A DNA stretch of 64,000 bases from a virus (IMGVR_UViG_3300032301_000913:1-64000); one strand, 5' to 3'; positions 1 through 9,167 are shown, counted from the first letter of the stretch. Numbers and translations: made by a program. The notes: a model not told the origin generated them from the letters alone.

Positions 1-10
1 AAGAACTGAA

Positions 11-235
11 ATGACTGAAAAACAACCAGAAATTCCTTATGTGAATATTTCAATTGAAGATAAAGTTTTTATTAACCAACCAAACCAATCCAACTGGACT
101 TGTTATTTGTTTGGTGGTGATGCCTTATTTTCTCCTATCACTTGGACACCACAAGAAGGTAAAGTTCCTAATGCTTGGGTGAGGTTTTGGATGAAAGTAT
201 TTTTTGATTCTAAATGGGTGAAAAACGATGATTGA
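11..235 (+). CDS. hypothetical phage protein (74 aa)
   Basis: ORF track; stop overlaps next ATG. Confidence 0.7.
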   Translation: MTEKQPEIPYVNISIEDKVFINQPNQSNWTCYLFGGDALFSPITWTPQEGKVPNAWVRFWMKVFFDSKWVKNDD

Positions 236-476
236 CCTTGATAGTTTCGGTGGTCGGATTGGAAACATTCAATGGCAAAACACTTGGAACGAATTATGGG
301 GACACACTGGATTTTGGGAAAAAAATCCAGGAGAAAAAGGTCATTTCACTCTTTGGGGTATTCGTCCTCATCACAAAAACACTGGAGAAACCGGCACAAG
401 GACACTTTACAGGGGCACCAGATGCCGTACAATACACTCATACACACAAAAGACTGAAATGGGTGAAAAACGATGA
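228..476 (+). CDS. hypothetical protein (82 aa); 3' end runs through a promoter element
   Basis: Start overlaps the stop of 11..235 and stop overlaps the next ATG (ATGA); preferred over the 232..480 frame. Confidence 0.5.
   Translation: MIDLDSFGGRIGNIQWQNTWNELWGHTGFWEKNPGEKGHFTLWGIRPHHKNTGETGTRTLYRGTRCRTIHSYTQKTEMGEKR
376..433 (+). promoter_or_regulatory. palindrome-type early promoter element
   Basis: aaaacact-ggagaa-accggcac (376-397), 30 bp, TACAAT (428-433). Confidence 0.7.
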
Positions 477-688
477 TTGACTGGTTGTATAGTTTTGAAG
501 AAGAAACCAAACAAATTATAGAACGAACTAATCAACTTAAAAAAGAAAATGAAAGATTGAGAAAAGAAACTGAAGCACTTCGTTCCGTCACTCCCGAAAA
601 ACTATCAGAAATAGTGAAGAAATCTATGAGAAGGACACTTGACGAACTGGCACAAGGACTTCCTAAAGTCCCACCAGATGCCTTATAA
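473..688 (+). CDS. hypothetical coiled-coil protein
   Basis: ORF track; ATGA coupling. Confidence 0.6.
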   Translation: MIDWLYSFEEETKQIIERTNQLKKENERLRKETEALRSVTPEKLSEIVKKSMRRTLDELAQGLPKVPPDAL

Positions 689-689
689 T
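632..689 (+). promoter_or_regulatory. palindrome-type early promoter element
   Basis: aggacact-tgacga-actggcac (632-653), 30 bp, TATAAT (684-689). Confidence 0.8.
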
Positions 690-712
690 GGTCTCATACA
701 CACAGAAACCTG

Positions 713-910
713 ATGACTGAAGACATACAACAACCAAACGGAGACTTTCTAAAGCAATATCCAGATGTAACTCGTGTTGAAGTTATTGGTAACGATGGAC
801 GAGAGTTTATTCATTATGGGTGCTCTAATGTTAAGGTAAGTTTGCAGGACGACGGTAGAACAATTAAAGTATTTTTATACACTATGTTTCAACAAAAGGA
901 AAATGACTGA
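713..910 (+). CDS. hypothetical phage protein
   Basis: ORF track; follows promoter element and ACACAC leader. Confidence 0.7.
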   Translation: MTEDIQQPNGDFLKQYPDVTRVEVIGNDGREFIHYGCSNVKVSLQDDGRTIKVFLYTMFQQKEND

Positions 911-1370
911 AATTGAAAAAACAGAAGGAGAAATCAAAGTCCTTCAAGCAAAACTGGAACTACTCAAAGAAATGGAGAACCACAAATCACCAGCAGAAGA
1001 AGCATACAAAAGATTTTTTGGATGCTATCCTGATAGTGGTGTTTCTTGGAATGATGAAAATGAAATTTGCTGGTTTGCTTTCCTGGCAGGATATAATGCC
1101 TCACAAAAAGATTGTAAGGTAGAAGAAGAACCAAAACCTATGGATGATGCTATTAACAGGTTGTTAGAGAAATATAAATCTCAAAAACTTTGGAATATGG
1201 TAAGGAATGAACTTGGATATTCTATTGATTGTTGTGATGAGATTATATCCGCAGTAGAAGAATGGTTGCCGAAAGAACAAAATGCTCAAGGTTCTCAATC
1301 TGTTAATGTAGAACTTCTTGTAGATGGTTACAACGACTGCTTAAAGGAAATCAGGGGGAAACTACGATGA
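903..1370 (+). CDS. hypothetical phage protein (155 aa)
   Basis: ORF track; coupled to neighbours. Confidence 0.75.
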   Translation: MTEIEKTEGEIKVLQAKLELLKEMENHKSPAEEAYKRFFGCYPDSGVSWNDENEICWFAFLAGYNASQKDCKVEEEPKPMDDAINRLLEKYKSQKLWNMVRNELGYSIDCCDEIISAVEEWLPKEQNAQGSQSVNVELLVDGYNDCLKEIRGKLR

Positions 1371-1561
1371 CTTTGATTGACACTATCAACTACCTTATAC
1401 GAGAACAAGAAGGAGAACTTCAATGTCTTGAATGGGACATCAAGGAAGAAACAAATCACGAAGTTAATGATATTGATTGGTATGTTGAACGATATGATGA
1501 AACCAAACAACGATTAGAAAACCTTCAAGAAATCAAATCTATTATTGAGAATGTGAAATGA
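1367..1561 (+). CDS. hypothetical acidic coiled-coil protein
   Basis: ORF track; ATGA coupling. Confidence 0.7.
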   Translation: MTLIDTINYLIREQEGELQCLEWDIKEETNHEVNDIDWYVERYDETKQRLENLQEIKSIIENVK

Positions 1562-1770
1562 CTATTAGGGCAGAAAAAATCGTGAATGCTACTCTTGAAC
1601 TTACTCTCCGTCCTAAAAGTGAAAACAGAAAAAAAGTTGTTGCCTGTGTTCTTCGTGAGGTAGTTGATTTACTCCAATACTATCAGTTTTGTGAAGAAGA
1701 AGGTGTAGAAGATATGGTACTTGATGCCCGTACTATACTTGATGTTGCCGATGAGGTTGAAGCATTATGA
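1558..1770 (+). CDS. hypothetical protein, MTxRA...ADEVEAL paralog family
   Basis: Similar to 1767..1949 and 15846..16046. Confidence 0.75.
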   Translation: MTIRAEKIVNATLELTLRPKSENRKKVVACVLREVVDLLQYYQFCEEEGVEDMVLDARTILDVADEVEAL

Positions 1771-1949
1771 CGATTAGAGCAGAACAGATTATGAAAGCAT
1801 ACGAAGCAGAGGATACATACAACTTTCCAAAAGATGGAGTTGCTGCTGCTATTCGTGAGGTTGCTGATAGACTTTGTACGGATTTGGGAGAGTTGCAGTG
1901 CCCGATTGATGTATTGCGTGAAATTGCTGATGAGGTAGAAGCATTATGA
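1767..1949 (+). CDS. hypothetical protein, MTxRA...ADEVEAL paralog family
   Basis: Tandem paralog of 1558..1770. Confidence 0.75.
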   Translation: MTIRAEQIMKAYEAEDTYNFPKDGVAAAIREVADRLCTDLGELQCPIDVLREIADEVEAL

Positions 1950-2206
1950 AAATATTAGATAGATACAACGATTATTATAATGATGAGTGTGCTGCTGCTT
2001 CTTGGGGTTCAGTTTATAGTATGGAACATCTTCAAGCAACGGCAATTCGTTCAGCAGTTTATGCATTTGCCCGTAAGTATAACTACAAGGAAAGTATCCC
2101 AGTTGAAGACCTTTTGTATCTCGCAAAGGAACTTATGAGACAAGGTGAGGATACAGTTGAGAAACTGGCACAAGGACTTCCCAAATCCCCCGAAAATACC
2201 ATATAA
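1946..2206 (+). CDS. hypothetical protein
   Basis: ORF track; 3' end overlaps promoter element. Confidence 0.6.
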   Translation: MKILDRYNDYYNDECAAASWGSVYSMEHLQATAIRSAVYAFARKYNYKESIPVEDLLYLAKELMRQGEDTVEKLAQGLPKSPENTI

Positions 2207-2207
2207 T
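2150..2207 (+). promoter_or_regulatory. palindrome-type early promoter element
   Basis: gatacagt-tgagaa-actggcac (2150-2171), 30 bp, TATAAT (2202-2207). Confidence 0.8.
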
Positions 2208-2230
2208 ACACTTATACACACAAAGGACTG

Positions 2231-2437
2231 ATGATTGACAATAAAACTTATGTTGCTCTATTGATTTTTGTTCTTGTTCTCTGTACTTTTGCAGGAATAG
2301 AGGAAGTAGGCACACGACAACAAAAAATGATTAACTATCAACGAGCACTTACTATCACAACTGCGTGTAGAGTTCAGACAAAACTAAATCCTGATGAGAT
2401 TTGTGGTAAAATTCCTACTTGGGAGCAATACAAATGA
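2231..2437 (+). CDS. small membrane/secreted protein
   Basis: N-terminal hydrophobic segment YVALLIFVLVLCTFAG. Confidence 0.65.
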   Translation: MIDNKTYVALLIFVLVLCTFAGIEEVGTRQQKMINYQRALTITTACRVQTKLNPDEICGKIPTWEQYK

Positions 2438-2805
2438 TTTCTAAACCAGTATTAGCAACAGACAAAGAGAAAACCACACTCAACTGGTTTGAGTATTACT
2501 TTTCACACTGTTGGATGACTGGATGGCAGACTATTGGTGATGCATTCCGTATCTGGGCAGACCTGATGGGTAGTAACTATGAGGTTTATGCACTACCCAG
2601 AACAGCAGAAGACCCAGAAGCAGAATGTATTGAATGGTTCTGGGCAACTCTTGGAGAAGATGAAGTTTATCCCAAAGAGTTTCTTGAATATCTTATGGAG
2701 ATGGCAGAAGATGTAATGACAGGGAAGGTGGAAACTGTTCCACTTGATGATGATTTCTTTGATAGATTGGAAGACCTTACTGGTGATGTGGAGTTGGATG
2801 ATTAG
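2434..2805 (+). CDS. hypothetical acidic phage protein
   Basis: ORF track 2419..2805; ATGA-coupled start at 2434. Confidence 0.75.
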   Translation: MISKPVLATDKEKTTLNWFEYYFSHCWMTGWQTIGDAFRIWADLMGSNYEVYALPRTAEDPEAECIEWFWATLGEDEVYPKEFLEYLMEMAEDVMTGKVETVPLDDDFFDRLEDLTGDVELDD

Positions 2806-3032
2806 AAAACCTGGATTTGAAGAAGCATCAAGAATGTTTCCTGGATGGTCTCCATCTATAATGAAAAGAATGTTAGAAACCCCAGAAAAATGGGATGATA
2901 GAGACATTGCTAATATAAAAGAGTATATGAAAAACCTATGATTACTTTACTTGCGGCTCTGATTGTGCTATTATCTATAGGTATAACAGTTATAATTCCA
3001 CTGAAGGATGAGGATTACTGAAAGGAGAAACT

Positions 3033-3740
3033 ATGATGACTTATGATGCGGTCTTTATTTCTGATGTTCATTTGGGAACTGCTAGATGCAACACTGACAA
3101 GTTCTTGAAGTTCCTTAAAGAACTCAAGACCAAAAAACTTGTGATGGTTGGGGATATCATGGATATCTATTGTATGGAAAAATATAATACTCGATGGAAG
3201 AGGGAACATACTGAATGTGTTCATGCTCTTTTGGATTTGTGTAAGAAAGGCATCGAAGTTGTTTATGTTCTTGGCAATCATGAAGGAGCAATCCGAAGGT
3301 ATTGTACCTTTGAGCACAAGAACTTTATGATGTGTGATGAGTATGTTCATAAGGATAGTCAAGGTAATAAGTATCTCTGTACTCATGGAGATAAACACTC
3401 TGAGTTTTCTTCTGGTTCATGGAAGCAACTGATGTTTAATAAAGGTTATGAACTTATCACACCACTCAGTATTTGGTTGGAACAGTTCTTTAAGTTTTCT
3501 TTGGTGTATTTCTTGAAGAATACACAAAGAGGTAAAGGATACATTGATAAATATGAGAATGATATTGCTGGATATTGTGGACAACAAGATAAGAAGTATG
3601 ATGGCATTATCTGTGGACATATTCATCATGCAAACATTCGTAAGTTTGGTAAGATGACTTATATGTGCTGTGGTGATTTTGTAGATACTTGTTCTGCAAT
3701 CTTAGAAAAGAATGGTGTTTATTGTTTGGAAAAATACTAA
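3033..3740 (+). CDS. calcineurin-like metallophosphoesterase, LpxH (UDP-2,3-diacylglucosamine hydrolase)-like
   Basis: Motifs SDVHLG, GDIMD, GNHE, HGD, GHIH in canonical order. Confidence 0.88.
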   Translation: MMTYDAVFISDVHLGTARCNTDKFLKFLKELKTKKLVMVGDIMDIYCMEKYNTRWKREHTECVHALLDLCKKGIEVVYVLGNHEGAIRRYCTFEHKNFMMCDEYVHKDSQGNKYLCTHGDKHSEFSSGSWKQLMFNKGYELITPLSIWLEQFFKFSLVYFLKNTQRGKGYIDKYENDIAGYCGQQDKKYDGIICGHIHHANIRKFGKMTYMCCGDFVDTCSAILEKNGVYCLEKY

Positions 3741-3741
3741 A

Positions 3742-3972
3742 ATGAATACTGAAGAATTGGAAGAAATCGATTCCCAAAAACTTGAAATCAAGAAGCAGTT
3801 CGATGAGTGGATGTATGAACTGGAAGGATATTCTTTTCGGTATGAAAGATTCTGGGATGATGTTGATTCTGCAATAAATTCTAATGATAATCAACGTATA
3901 ATGATCTGGATGAGAACGGCTTTTCAAATGGGATATTGTGCAGGATCTAGAATCTATGGGGGAACGGAATGA
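3742..3972 (+). CDS. hypothetical protein
   Basis: ORF track (3712..3972); likely ATG at 3742. Confidence 0.65.
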   Translation: MNTEELEEIDSQKLEIKKQFDEWMYELEGYSFRYERFWDDVDSAINSNDNQRIMIWMRTAFQMGYCAGSRIYGGTE

Positions 3973-4283
3973 CTAAAGATGAGGAATTTCCTTATGATCA
4001 GTTTCCCTATAAACTGATACATAAAGATGGTAAGGATGGTAAAGATACTCGCAAATGTTATTTTCAAACAGAAGAGCACATGAATAAGCACATATTGCGC
4101 CATAATCTTAAAAAGAAGGATATCACTACTACTTATAAGTATGAGTGACACTGACCCTACTACTCCTTGGTACGAATTTATATCATACTGTCGCTGTTGT
4201 GAAAGTTTGAATGTAAAAGGTCAACCAAGTATTGGAAGATTTCTTAGGTATCGTCGTTATTTAAAAGAAGTTGGAGTAATCTA

Positions 4284-4562
4284 ATGTTTAAATGGTTTGA
4301 TAATTTTACAAAATCTTATAAAGTTCCTGAAAATTATGAACTTTTAGTTGCCGACACTAATGGAGAGAAACATAGTCTTGTTGGACTTTGTTCTTCACTT
4401 GCGAAAGAAGTTGTAAGACTGGAAGAACGTATCGCAAAACTGGAACAGGAGAATGTAGAACTCACAAATTCATTGTACGAAGTTGAGAACCGACTACAAT
4501 CAAAGATTGACAATATTCATCCAGTGACTTATAATCTTCGTGATTACGGACTTGACAAATGA
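4284..4562 (+). CDS. hypothetical coiled-coil protein
   Basis: ORF track; TAATG coupling. Confidence 0.7.
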   Translation: MFKWFDNFTKSYKVPENYELLVADTNGEKHSLVGLCSSLAKEVVRLEERIAKLEQENVELTNSLYEVENRLQSKIDNIHPVTYNLRDYGLDK

Positions 4563-4807
4563 CCACAGCAAAGCAAGCAAAGGAAGAGTTTTTATATCCA
4601 ACTCCTCCAATTAATCCTGATGCAAATATGTCCTTCTTGGATATTGCACAAATTAATAACCTGAATAATTTTACACATCATGTCAGTTATTTGACTAACT
4701 TGGCAATCGGTGGTAAAATCACAACAGAAGAAGCACATGCTGAAATTAAAAAACTTTATAAGGCAATGAGACAATCTCGCAAATCTCTGAAAGGTTCTTG
4801 GTTCTGA
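4559..4807 (+). CDS. hypothetical phage protein
   Basis: ORF track; coupled. Confidence 0.7.
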   Translation: MTTAKQAKEEFLYPTPPINPDANMSFLDIAQINNLNNFTHHVSYLTNLAIGGKITTEEAHAEIKKLYKAMRQSRKSLKGSWF

Positions 4808-4960
4808 TGGAAGACTCACTTAAGATCACAGAGAATGCCGATGGCACATTCCTGATGGAATGGGATAAGAACGACCAGAAGTGGAACTGGTTGAATGGTA
4901 AGACATCAGAAGAAATTTCTGCTATAATGACAGAAGCAATCCAACTCGCACTGAAGGAAA

Positions 4961-5533
4961 ATGACTGATTATAAAAAATACTCACTTGGTCAAGTTGAAA
5001 ACTTTCTGCATGATGCTATGAGTACAGAAGCAACACCACAAGAAATCTATGATGTGATTAAAGGTGTTGTTGAGGACAACTATTATACCTATAAACAGCA
5101 GACAGCAAATGCATATGAACTTCTTGCATTACTGAATGGTAATGGTAAGGGACATATCAAGGATTATGATGATACTGAATTGATGCCTTATCTTCAATGT
5201 GATGGTAATGATACATCAAAAGAAACTTTGAGTGGTTCAATTTCCCGAAAACATCAATTTCTTGATGAAATTGATGATTGTATGCGTCCTTGGGGTCATA
5301 GTGATATGGAAGCACTTAGATATACTGAAGAGGAAATGGATGAAATGTGTGCTGATGCCAAAGCAAAAGATAAGGTAAAGAAGTGGGTTCTTCCTGTTGA
5401 TAATGATGGTGTTGTTTTGTTTCCTGAAGATCTTCTAGAGCAAACTGGATGGAAGGAAGGAGATACTCTTCAGTGGATTCCCCAAGATGATGATAGTTTT
5501 ATTATGAAAAAAGTTATAAATAAAGATACCTGA
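4961..5533 (+). CDS. hypothetical protein with C-terminal AbrB/MazE-like domain
   Basis: C-terminus LPVDNDGVVLFPEDLLEQTGWKEGDTLQWIPQDDDSFIMKKV fits the SpoVT-AbrB pattern. Confidence 0.6.
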   Translation: MTDYKKYSLGQVENFLHDAMSTEATPQEIYDVIKGVVEDNYYTYKQQTANAYELLALLNGNGKGHIKDYDDTELMPYLQCDGNDTSKETLSGSISRKHQFLDEIDDCMRPWGHSDMEALRYTEEEMDEMCADAKAKDKVKKWVLPVDNDGVVLFPEDLLEQTGWKEGDTLQWIPQDDDSFIMKKVINKDT

Positions 5534-5618
5534 CTTGTTAGCACTTATCGGGTAGAAATGGTGTCTTCGGGCACCTTTTCTTGTATAAATAGTATTGCTA
5601 ACAAGTTAGAGTAGAACT
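5533..5618 (+). promoter_or_regulatory. terminator + T4 late promoter inside an RNA inverted repeat (HEG1 leader)
   Basis: acttgttagca 5533-5543 / tgctaacaagt 5596-5606; hairpin ggtgtc-ttcg-ggcacc-tttt 5560-5579; TATAAATA 5584-5591. Confidence 0.8.
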
Positions 5619-6491
5619 ATGGAACTCGCAGAGTATCACTATACCTATTATTCATATGAGGAATATAATAGAGGATATATTGGTAGTAGAACTTGTAAAT
5701 GCCTACCAGAAGAAGATATAAAATATTTTGGTTCTTATGTAGATAAAACATTTAAACCAACTCAAAAGATAATCTTAAAGGATGATTATGCTACAAGAGA
5801 AGAAGCATATGCTGATGAGATTATTTTACACGACTACTATGATGTAGCAAATAATCCTCATTTTGCTAATAAAGCAAAACAAACATCTACAAAGTTTTCT
5901 TTCAGTTCAAGTGAACAATCTAGAAAACTTGGAAAAAAAATGTTTGAAGAAAAAAGAGGTTGTTTCTCTTTAACTCCAGAACAGAAAAGTGAATTAGGTA
6001 GAGAAATTGGTTTAAGACATAAAGTAAATAAAACTGGATTTTGTGGAATGTCTTCAGAAAAAAGAAGTGAACTTGGCAAAAAAAATTCCAAAAGAAATGA
6101 AGAAAATAAAGTAGGAATATTTAAAATGACAAATGAAGAACTTTCTATATGTGGATCTAAAGGAGGTTCAAAAACATTTGAATTAAAAAAAGGTGCATTT
6201 TCTTTATCCAAAGAAGAAAGACTAGAAATTGCAAAAAAATCTGGAACTAAAGTTAAAGAACTTCGTTTGGGAATATTTGCAATGACTGAAGATGAAAAAA
6301 TAAAAATTGCAAAAAAGGGATATAAAAATGGTTTAGGAAAAATGAGTAAAGAGAAAAGAAGTGAAATTGCAACAAAAGTTAATTCGCAAAAATGGAAATG
6401 TTTAATAACAGGACATATATCAAATGCGAGAGGATTATCTAGGTTTCAAAATAAAAAAGGTATTGACAAATCATTTAGAGAACTGGTATAA
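5619..6491 (+). CDS. free-standing GIY-YIG (Seg-like) homing endonuclease-like protein with C-terminal ~25-aa repeats
   Basis: YHYTYYSYEEYNRGYIGSR...YFGS...NPHFANK; repeats GxFxMSxExRSELGKK. Confidence 0.75.
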   Translation: MELAEYHYTYYSYEEYNRGYIGSRTCKCLPEEDIKYFGSYVDKTFKPTQKIILKDDYATREEAYADEIILHDYYDVANNPHFANKAKQTSTKFSFSSSEQSRKLGKKMFEEKRGCFSLTPEQKSELGREIGLRHKVNKTGFCGMSSEKRSELGKKNSKRNEENKVGIFKMTNEELSICGSKGGSKTFELKKGAFSLSKEERLEIAKKSGTKVKELRLGIFAMTEDEKIKIAKKGYKNGLGKMSKEKRSEIATKVNSQKWKCLITGHISNARGLSRFQNKKGIDKSFRELV

Positions 6492-6492
6492 T
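6463..6492 (+). promoter_or_regulatory. sigma70-type early promoter
   Basis: TTGACA (6463-6468), 18 bp, TATAAT (6487-6492). Confidence 0.75.
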
Positions 6493-6510
6493 ATTAAAAG
6501 TTGATGGCAA

Positions 6511-6717
6511 TTGATGGCATTATCCGAAACTGTGGAAAGAAACCTAAAAGAAGCAGAATCTCATTTGAGAAATGCACTTGCATTTGCAGCTCGTCAAGAA
6601 TCTCCTTATGTATCTTGTGCAATCTCTAATATGATTGCCCAGATTGATAGTATTATTAAGACTGACAAACTATTTGATAATATTGATAGTATGATTGAGA
6701 AAAAAAATGGAAAATGA
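6511..6717 (+). CDS. hypothetical phage protein
   Basis: ORF track; downstream of promoter. Confidence 0.7.
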   Translation: MMALSETVERNLKEAESHLRNALAFAARQESPYVSCAISNMIAQIDSIIKTDKLFDNIDSMIEKKNGK

Positions 6718-7120
6718 AATGAACACTGGAGAACTGATTGACTCCCCTAAGTTTCAAGAGGAACTATCAAAACAAAATACTTTACGTGAAACATTGAACT
6801 CACCAGAAATGGTAAAAATGCGAGAAGACCTTGCAGATGCTCATAAGAAAAGTATTGAGGCATCTGTTGGGTGGTATTATATGCTTTCTGCCGAGGATAA
6901 GTATAAGGCAGTAGAAGCACTTTGCCATATTATATGTAAGGCAGAGCGTGAAGGAACTTCTCATAGAGGATTAATGAGTGTGCTTGGTGTTTATCCAGAA
7001 GCCTTTTTTATCGATGGACTTATGGATATTCACAATTCTTTATACACAGAGTATCAAGATAGGGAATCAAAAGAATGGAAACAAGATGTAGAAAACCTTA
7101 AGAATTCTTCATTATTATAG
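6695..7120 (+). CDS. hypothetical phage protein
   Basis: ORF track. Confidence 0.7.
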   Translation: MRKKMENEMNTGELIDSPKFQEELSKQNTLRETLNSPEMVKMREDLADAHKKSIEASVGWYYMLSAEDKYKAVEALCHIICKAEREGTSHRGLMSVLGVYPEAFFIDGLMDIHNSLYTEYQDRESKEWKQDVENLKNSSLL

Positions 7121-7133
7121 ATATTGTGTTAGA

Positions 7134-7346
7134 ATGCTAACACATCATCAAGGAATTATGACACTCACAAAAACAGGAACTTCACAACTTACTTCAGAAG
7201 AATGGAAGGAATTAAACTCTCTGAGAGAAGCAATTAATCTGAATCCGAGTCAGGTTCATCCGGATAAGATGGAAAAGTTTACCGAACTGTTTGTGCGTAG
7301 TCTTGAAGGAAAAGGTGACTGGGATTATGGTGTAAAATCTAAATAA
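7134..7346 (+). CDS. hypothetical phage protein
   Basis: ORF track. Confidence 0.65.
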   Translation: MLTHHQGIMTLTKTGTSQLTSEEWKELNSLREAINLNPSQVHPDKMEKFTELFVRSLEGKGDWDYGVKSK

Positions 7347-7367
7347 TTCGAATTCAATTAAACCAAA

Positions 7368-7529
7368 ATGTCTGAACATAATACTGCTTTTGATTTGCCA
7401 TTAGAACTACCCGATTCTCAAGATCCCATAATTGCAAATCGTGCAAGTCGCCATCGTCCAGGTACGGCATTTGAAGATTTTTGCTCACTGAATCCTGATT
7501 CTGAGGAATGTAGAGTTTTTGATTGCTAA
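7368..7529 (+). CDS. cp12: CP12-like peptide, C-terminal motif only (53 aa; below ORF-track cutoff)
   Basis: MSEHNTAFDLPLELPDSQDPIIANRASRHRPGTAFEDFCSLNPDSEECRVFDC; CxxxPxxxxC motif; TAAATA at 7340-7345. Confidence 0.72.
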   Translation: MSEHNTAFDLPLELPDSQDPIIANRASRHRPGTAFEDFCSLNPDSEECRVFDC

Positions 7530-7791
7530 TGCGGGAAACTGATAAAGATTATCCTTCGGGATATGTGGCGGAGTGACACCGACCTTCCCGCTTTATTTTA
7601 TATCTTTATGCAAAATTATTACTTTTCTTTCCTGGTGGTTTGTTGCATCAATCGGTGCAACAAGTATTAATTATGTTCTGATGCATTACACTGATTATGA
7701 CAACGACTGACAAACTGATCTTCATTTCATCTTTTATTTGGTTTCTTCATTGGGGAACACGATTGATACAAGTGATACTAAATAACATTAC

Positions 7792-7875
7792 CTGATTTGA
7801 CCGCAATCTGTCAGGAGGAGGGTGGAATTCCCTCCTTTGTCTTATAAATATATGTGCGGTCAAATTAGAATAGAA
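7792..7875 (+). promoter_or_regulatory. terminator + late promoter inside an RNA inverted repeat (HEG2 leader)
   Basis: ctgatttgaccgca 7792-7805 / tgcggtcaaattag 7855-7868; ggaggg...ccctcc-ttt hairpin; TATAAATA 7843-7850. Confidence 0.8.
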
Positions 7876-8550
7876 ATGAATTACTACACTTACGCATATT
7901 TGCGTGAAGACAGAACACCTTATTACATAGGAAAAGGAAAAGGTAATAGGGCACACAGAAGAAGTAAAAGAGATATTAAACCTCCAAAAGATAAATCAAG
8001 AATAATCTTTCTCAAACAAAATTTAACTGAAAAAGAAGCATTTAGGCACGAGGTCTATATGATTTCCGTGTTAGGTAGAAAAGATTTAGGAACTGGTATT
8101 CTTCGTAATAAAACTAATGGTGGAGAAGGAACATTAGGAATAGTAGTAACACCAGAGTTTAGACAAAAAATGTCTGAATTGACAAAAGGTAGAAAGCATA
8201 CACAGGAAGCAAAAGAAAAAGTAAGTAAAGCAAATAAAGGAAAATCGCCGTGGAATAAAGGCAAATCCCTCCCAGAAGAAGTTAAGCAAAAAATAAGTCA
8301 ATCAAACAAAAATAAACAAATTTCTCCAGAAACAAGAGAAAAACTGAAATTGTCTTCCAAAGGTGAAAACAATAGTTTCTATGGTAAAAAACATACCAAT
8401 GAAACAAAAAGGAAAATGAGTCAAAATCATGCTGATGTAAGTGGTGAAAATAATCCTATGATGGGAGTCAAGCACTCACCAGAAGCAAAGGAAAAAATGC
8501 GTCAAGCATGGTTAAAGAGAAAAGAAATGAAAAGAAAACCACTTCAATAA
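7876..8550 (+). CDS. GIY-YIG-type homing endonuclease-like protein with NUMOD3-like repeats
   Basis: YYTYAYLREDRTPYYIGKG...NKTNGGEG; HT/HSxExKxKMS repeats; ATG at 7876 follows the late promoter. Confidence 0.85.
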   Translation: MNYYTYAYLREDRTPYYIGKGKGNRAHRRSKRDIKPPKDKSRIIFLKQNLTEKEAFRHEVYMISVLGRKDLGTGILRNKTNGGEGTLGIVVTPEFRQKMSELTKGRKHTQEAKEKVSKANKGKSPWNKGKSLPEEVKQKISQSNKNKQISPETREKLKLSSKGENNSFYGKKHTNETKRKMSQNHADVSGENNPMMGVKHSPEAKEKMRQAWLKRKEMKRKPLQ

Positions 8551-8593
8551 CTGGCACACCATAGCGTTGAGAACAAAATATTGTGTGTATAAT
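8536..8593 (+). promoter_or_regulatory. palindrome-type early promoter element
   Basis: aaaccact-tcaata-actggcac (8536-8557), 30 bp, TATAAT (8588-8593). Confidence 0.75.
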
Positions 8594-8597
8594 ATGA

Positions 8598-9071
8598 ATG
8601 TGGTTATTGAATCCTATGAGCGCCATTTATTACAGTGGATATGGTTATCACAAACGGATCTGTGGGGATGTTGCCTCTTGGTTTCTGAATAAGTTTCTAC
8701 CCCGCCATAAAATATATGTTGAAATAGTTCATCGAGGTCTCAAACGTGAATGTGTGTATGGTTACTGTAATTATACTGGAGAATCCTATCGGCCTCGTGA
8801 GTTTCTGATTGAATTGGATACTCATATGAATCGGGAGTTGTACATTAAGACTCTGCTACATGAACTGGTTCATTTGCGCCAATGGGTAACTGGTACACTT
8901 CGCACAAAACGTGGTAAGAGGTATTATAACTCCATTAATGTGGAGGACATTGAATACTGGGATCAACCACATGAGGTAATTGCCAGAAGAGAAGAAATAT
9001 TGTTATATCAAGAATACATGAAATCAAAAAAACCTACTTCAAGATGTTTTGTTAATAGACTTTGTGAATAG
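8598..9071 (+). CDS. putative zinc metallopeptidase (HExxH, SprT/ImmA-like)
   Basis: TLLHELVHLRQW followed by PHEVIARRE. Confidence 0.75.
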   Translation: MWLLNPMSAIYYSGYGYHKRICGDVASWFLNKFLPRHKIYVEIVHRGLKRECVYGYCNYTGESYRPREFLIELDTHMNRELYIKTLLHELVHLRQWVTGTLRTKRGKRYYNSINVEDIEYWDQPHEVIARREEILLYQEYMKSKKPTSRCFVNRLCE

Positions 9072-9089
9072 TATTAAATGGGCAGCAAC

Positions 9090-9167
9090 TTGTGTCAGGG
9101 GTGATAAAAGTTGTGTAAGTCCCATTTTTATACCATAAATATTAATAAGTCATTACCCCTGACACAA
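9090..9167 (+). promoter_or_regulatory. late promoter inside an RNA inverted repeat (HEG3 leader)
   Basis: ttgtgtcaggggtgat 9090-9105 / attacccctgacacaa 9152-9167; CATAAATA 9134-9141. Confidence 0.75.

Noticed and set aside
232-480. Alternative ORF ending KWVKNDD like 11..235
   Set aside because: A by-product of the 25-bp DNA repeat; frame 228..476 has the coupled start and stop.
646-2206. Shared LAQGLPK C-terminal motif in ORFs 473..688 and 1946..2206
   Set aside because: It is just the translation of the DNA promoter element both ORFs read through.
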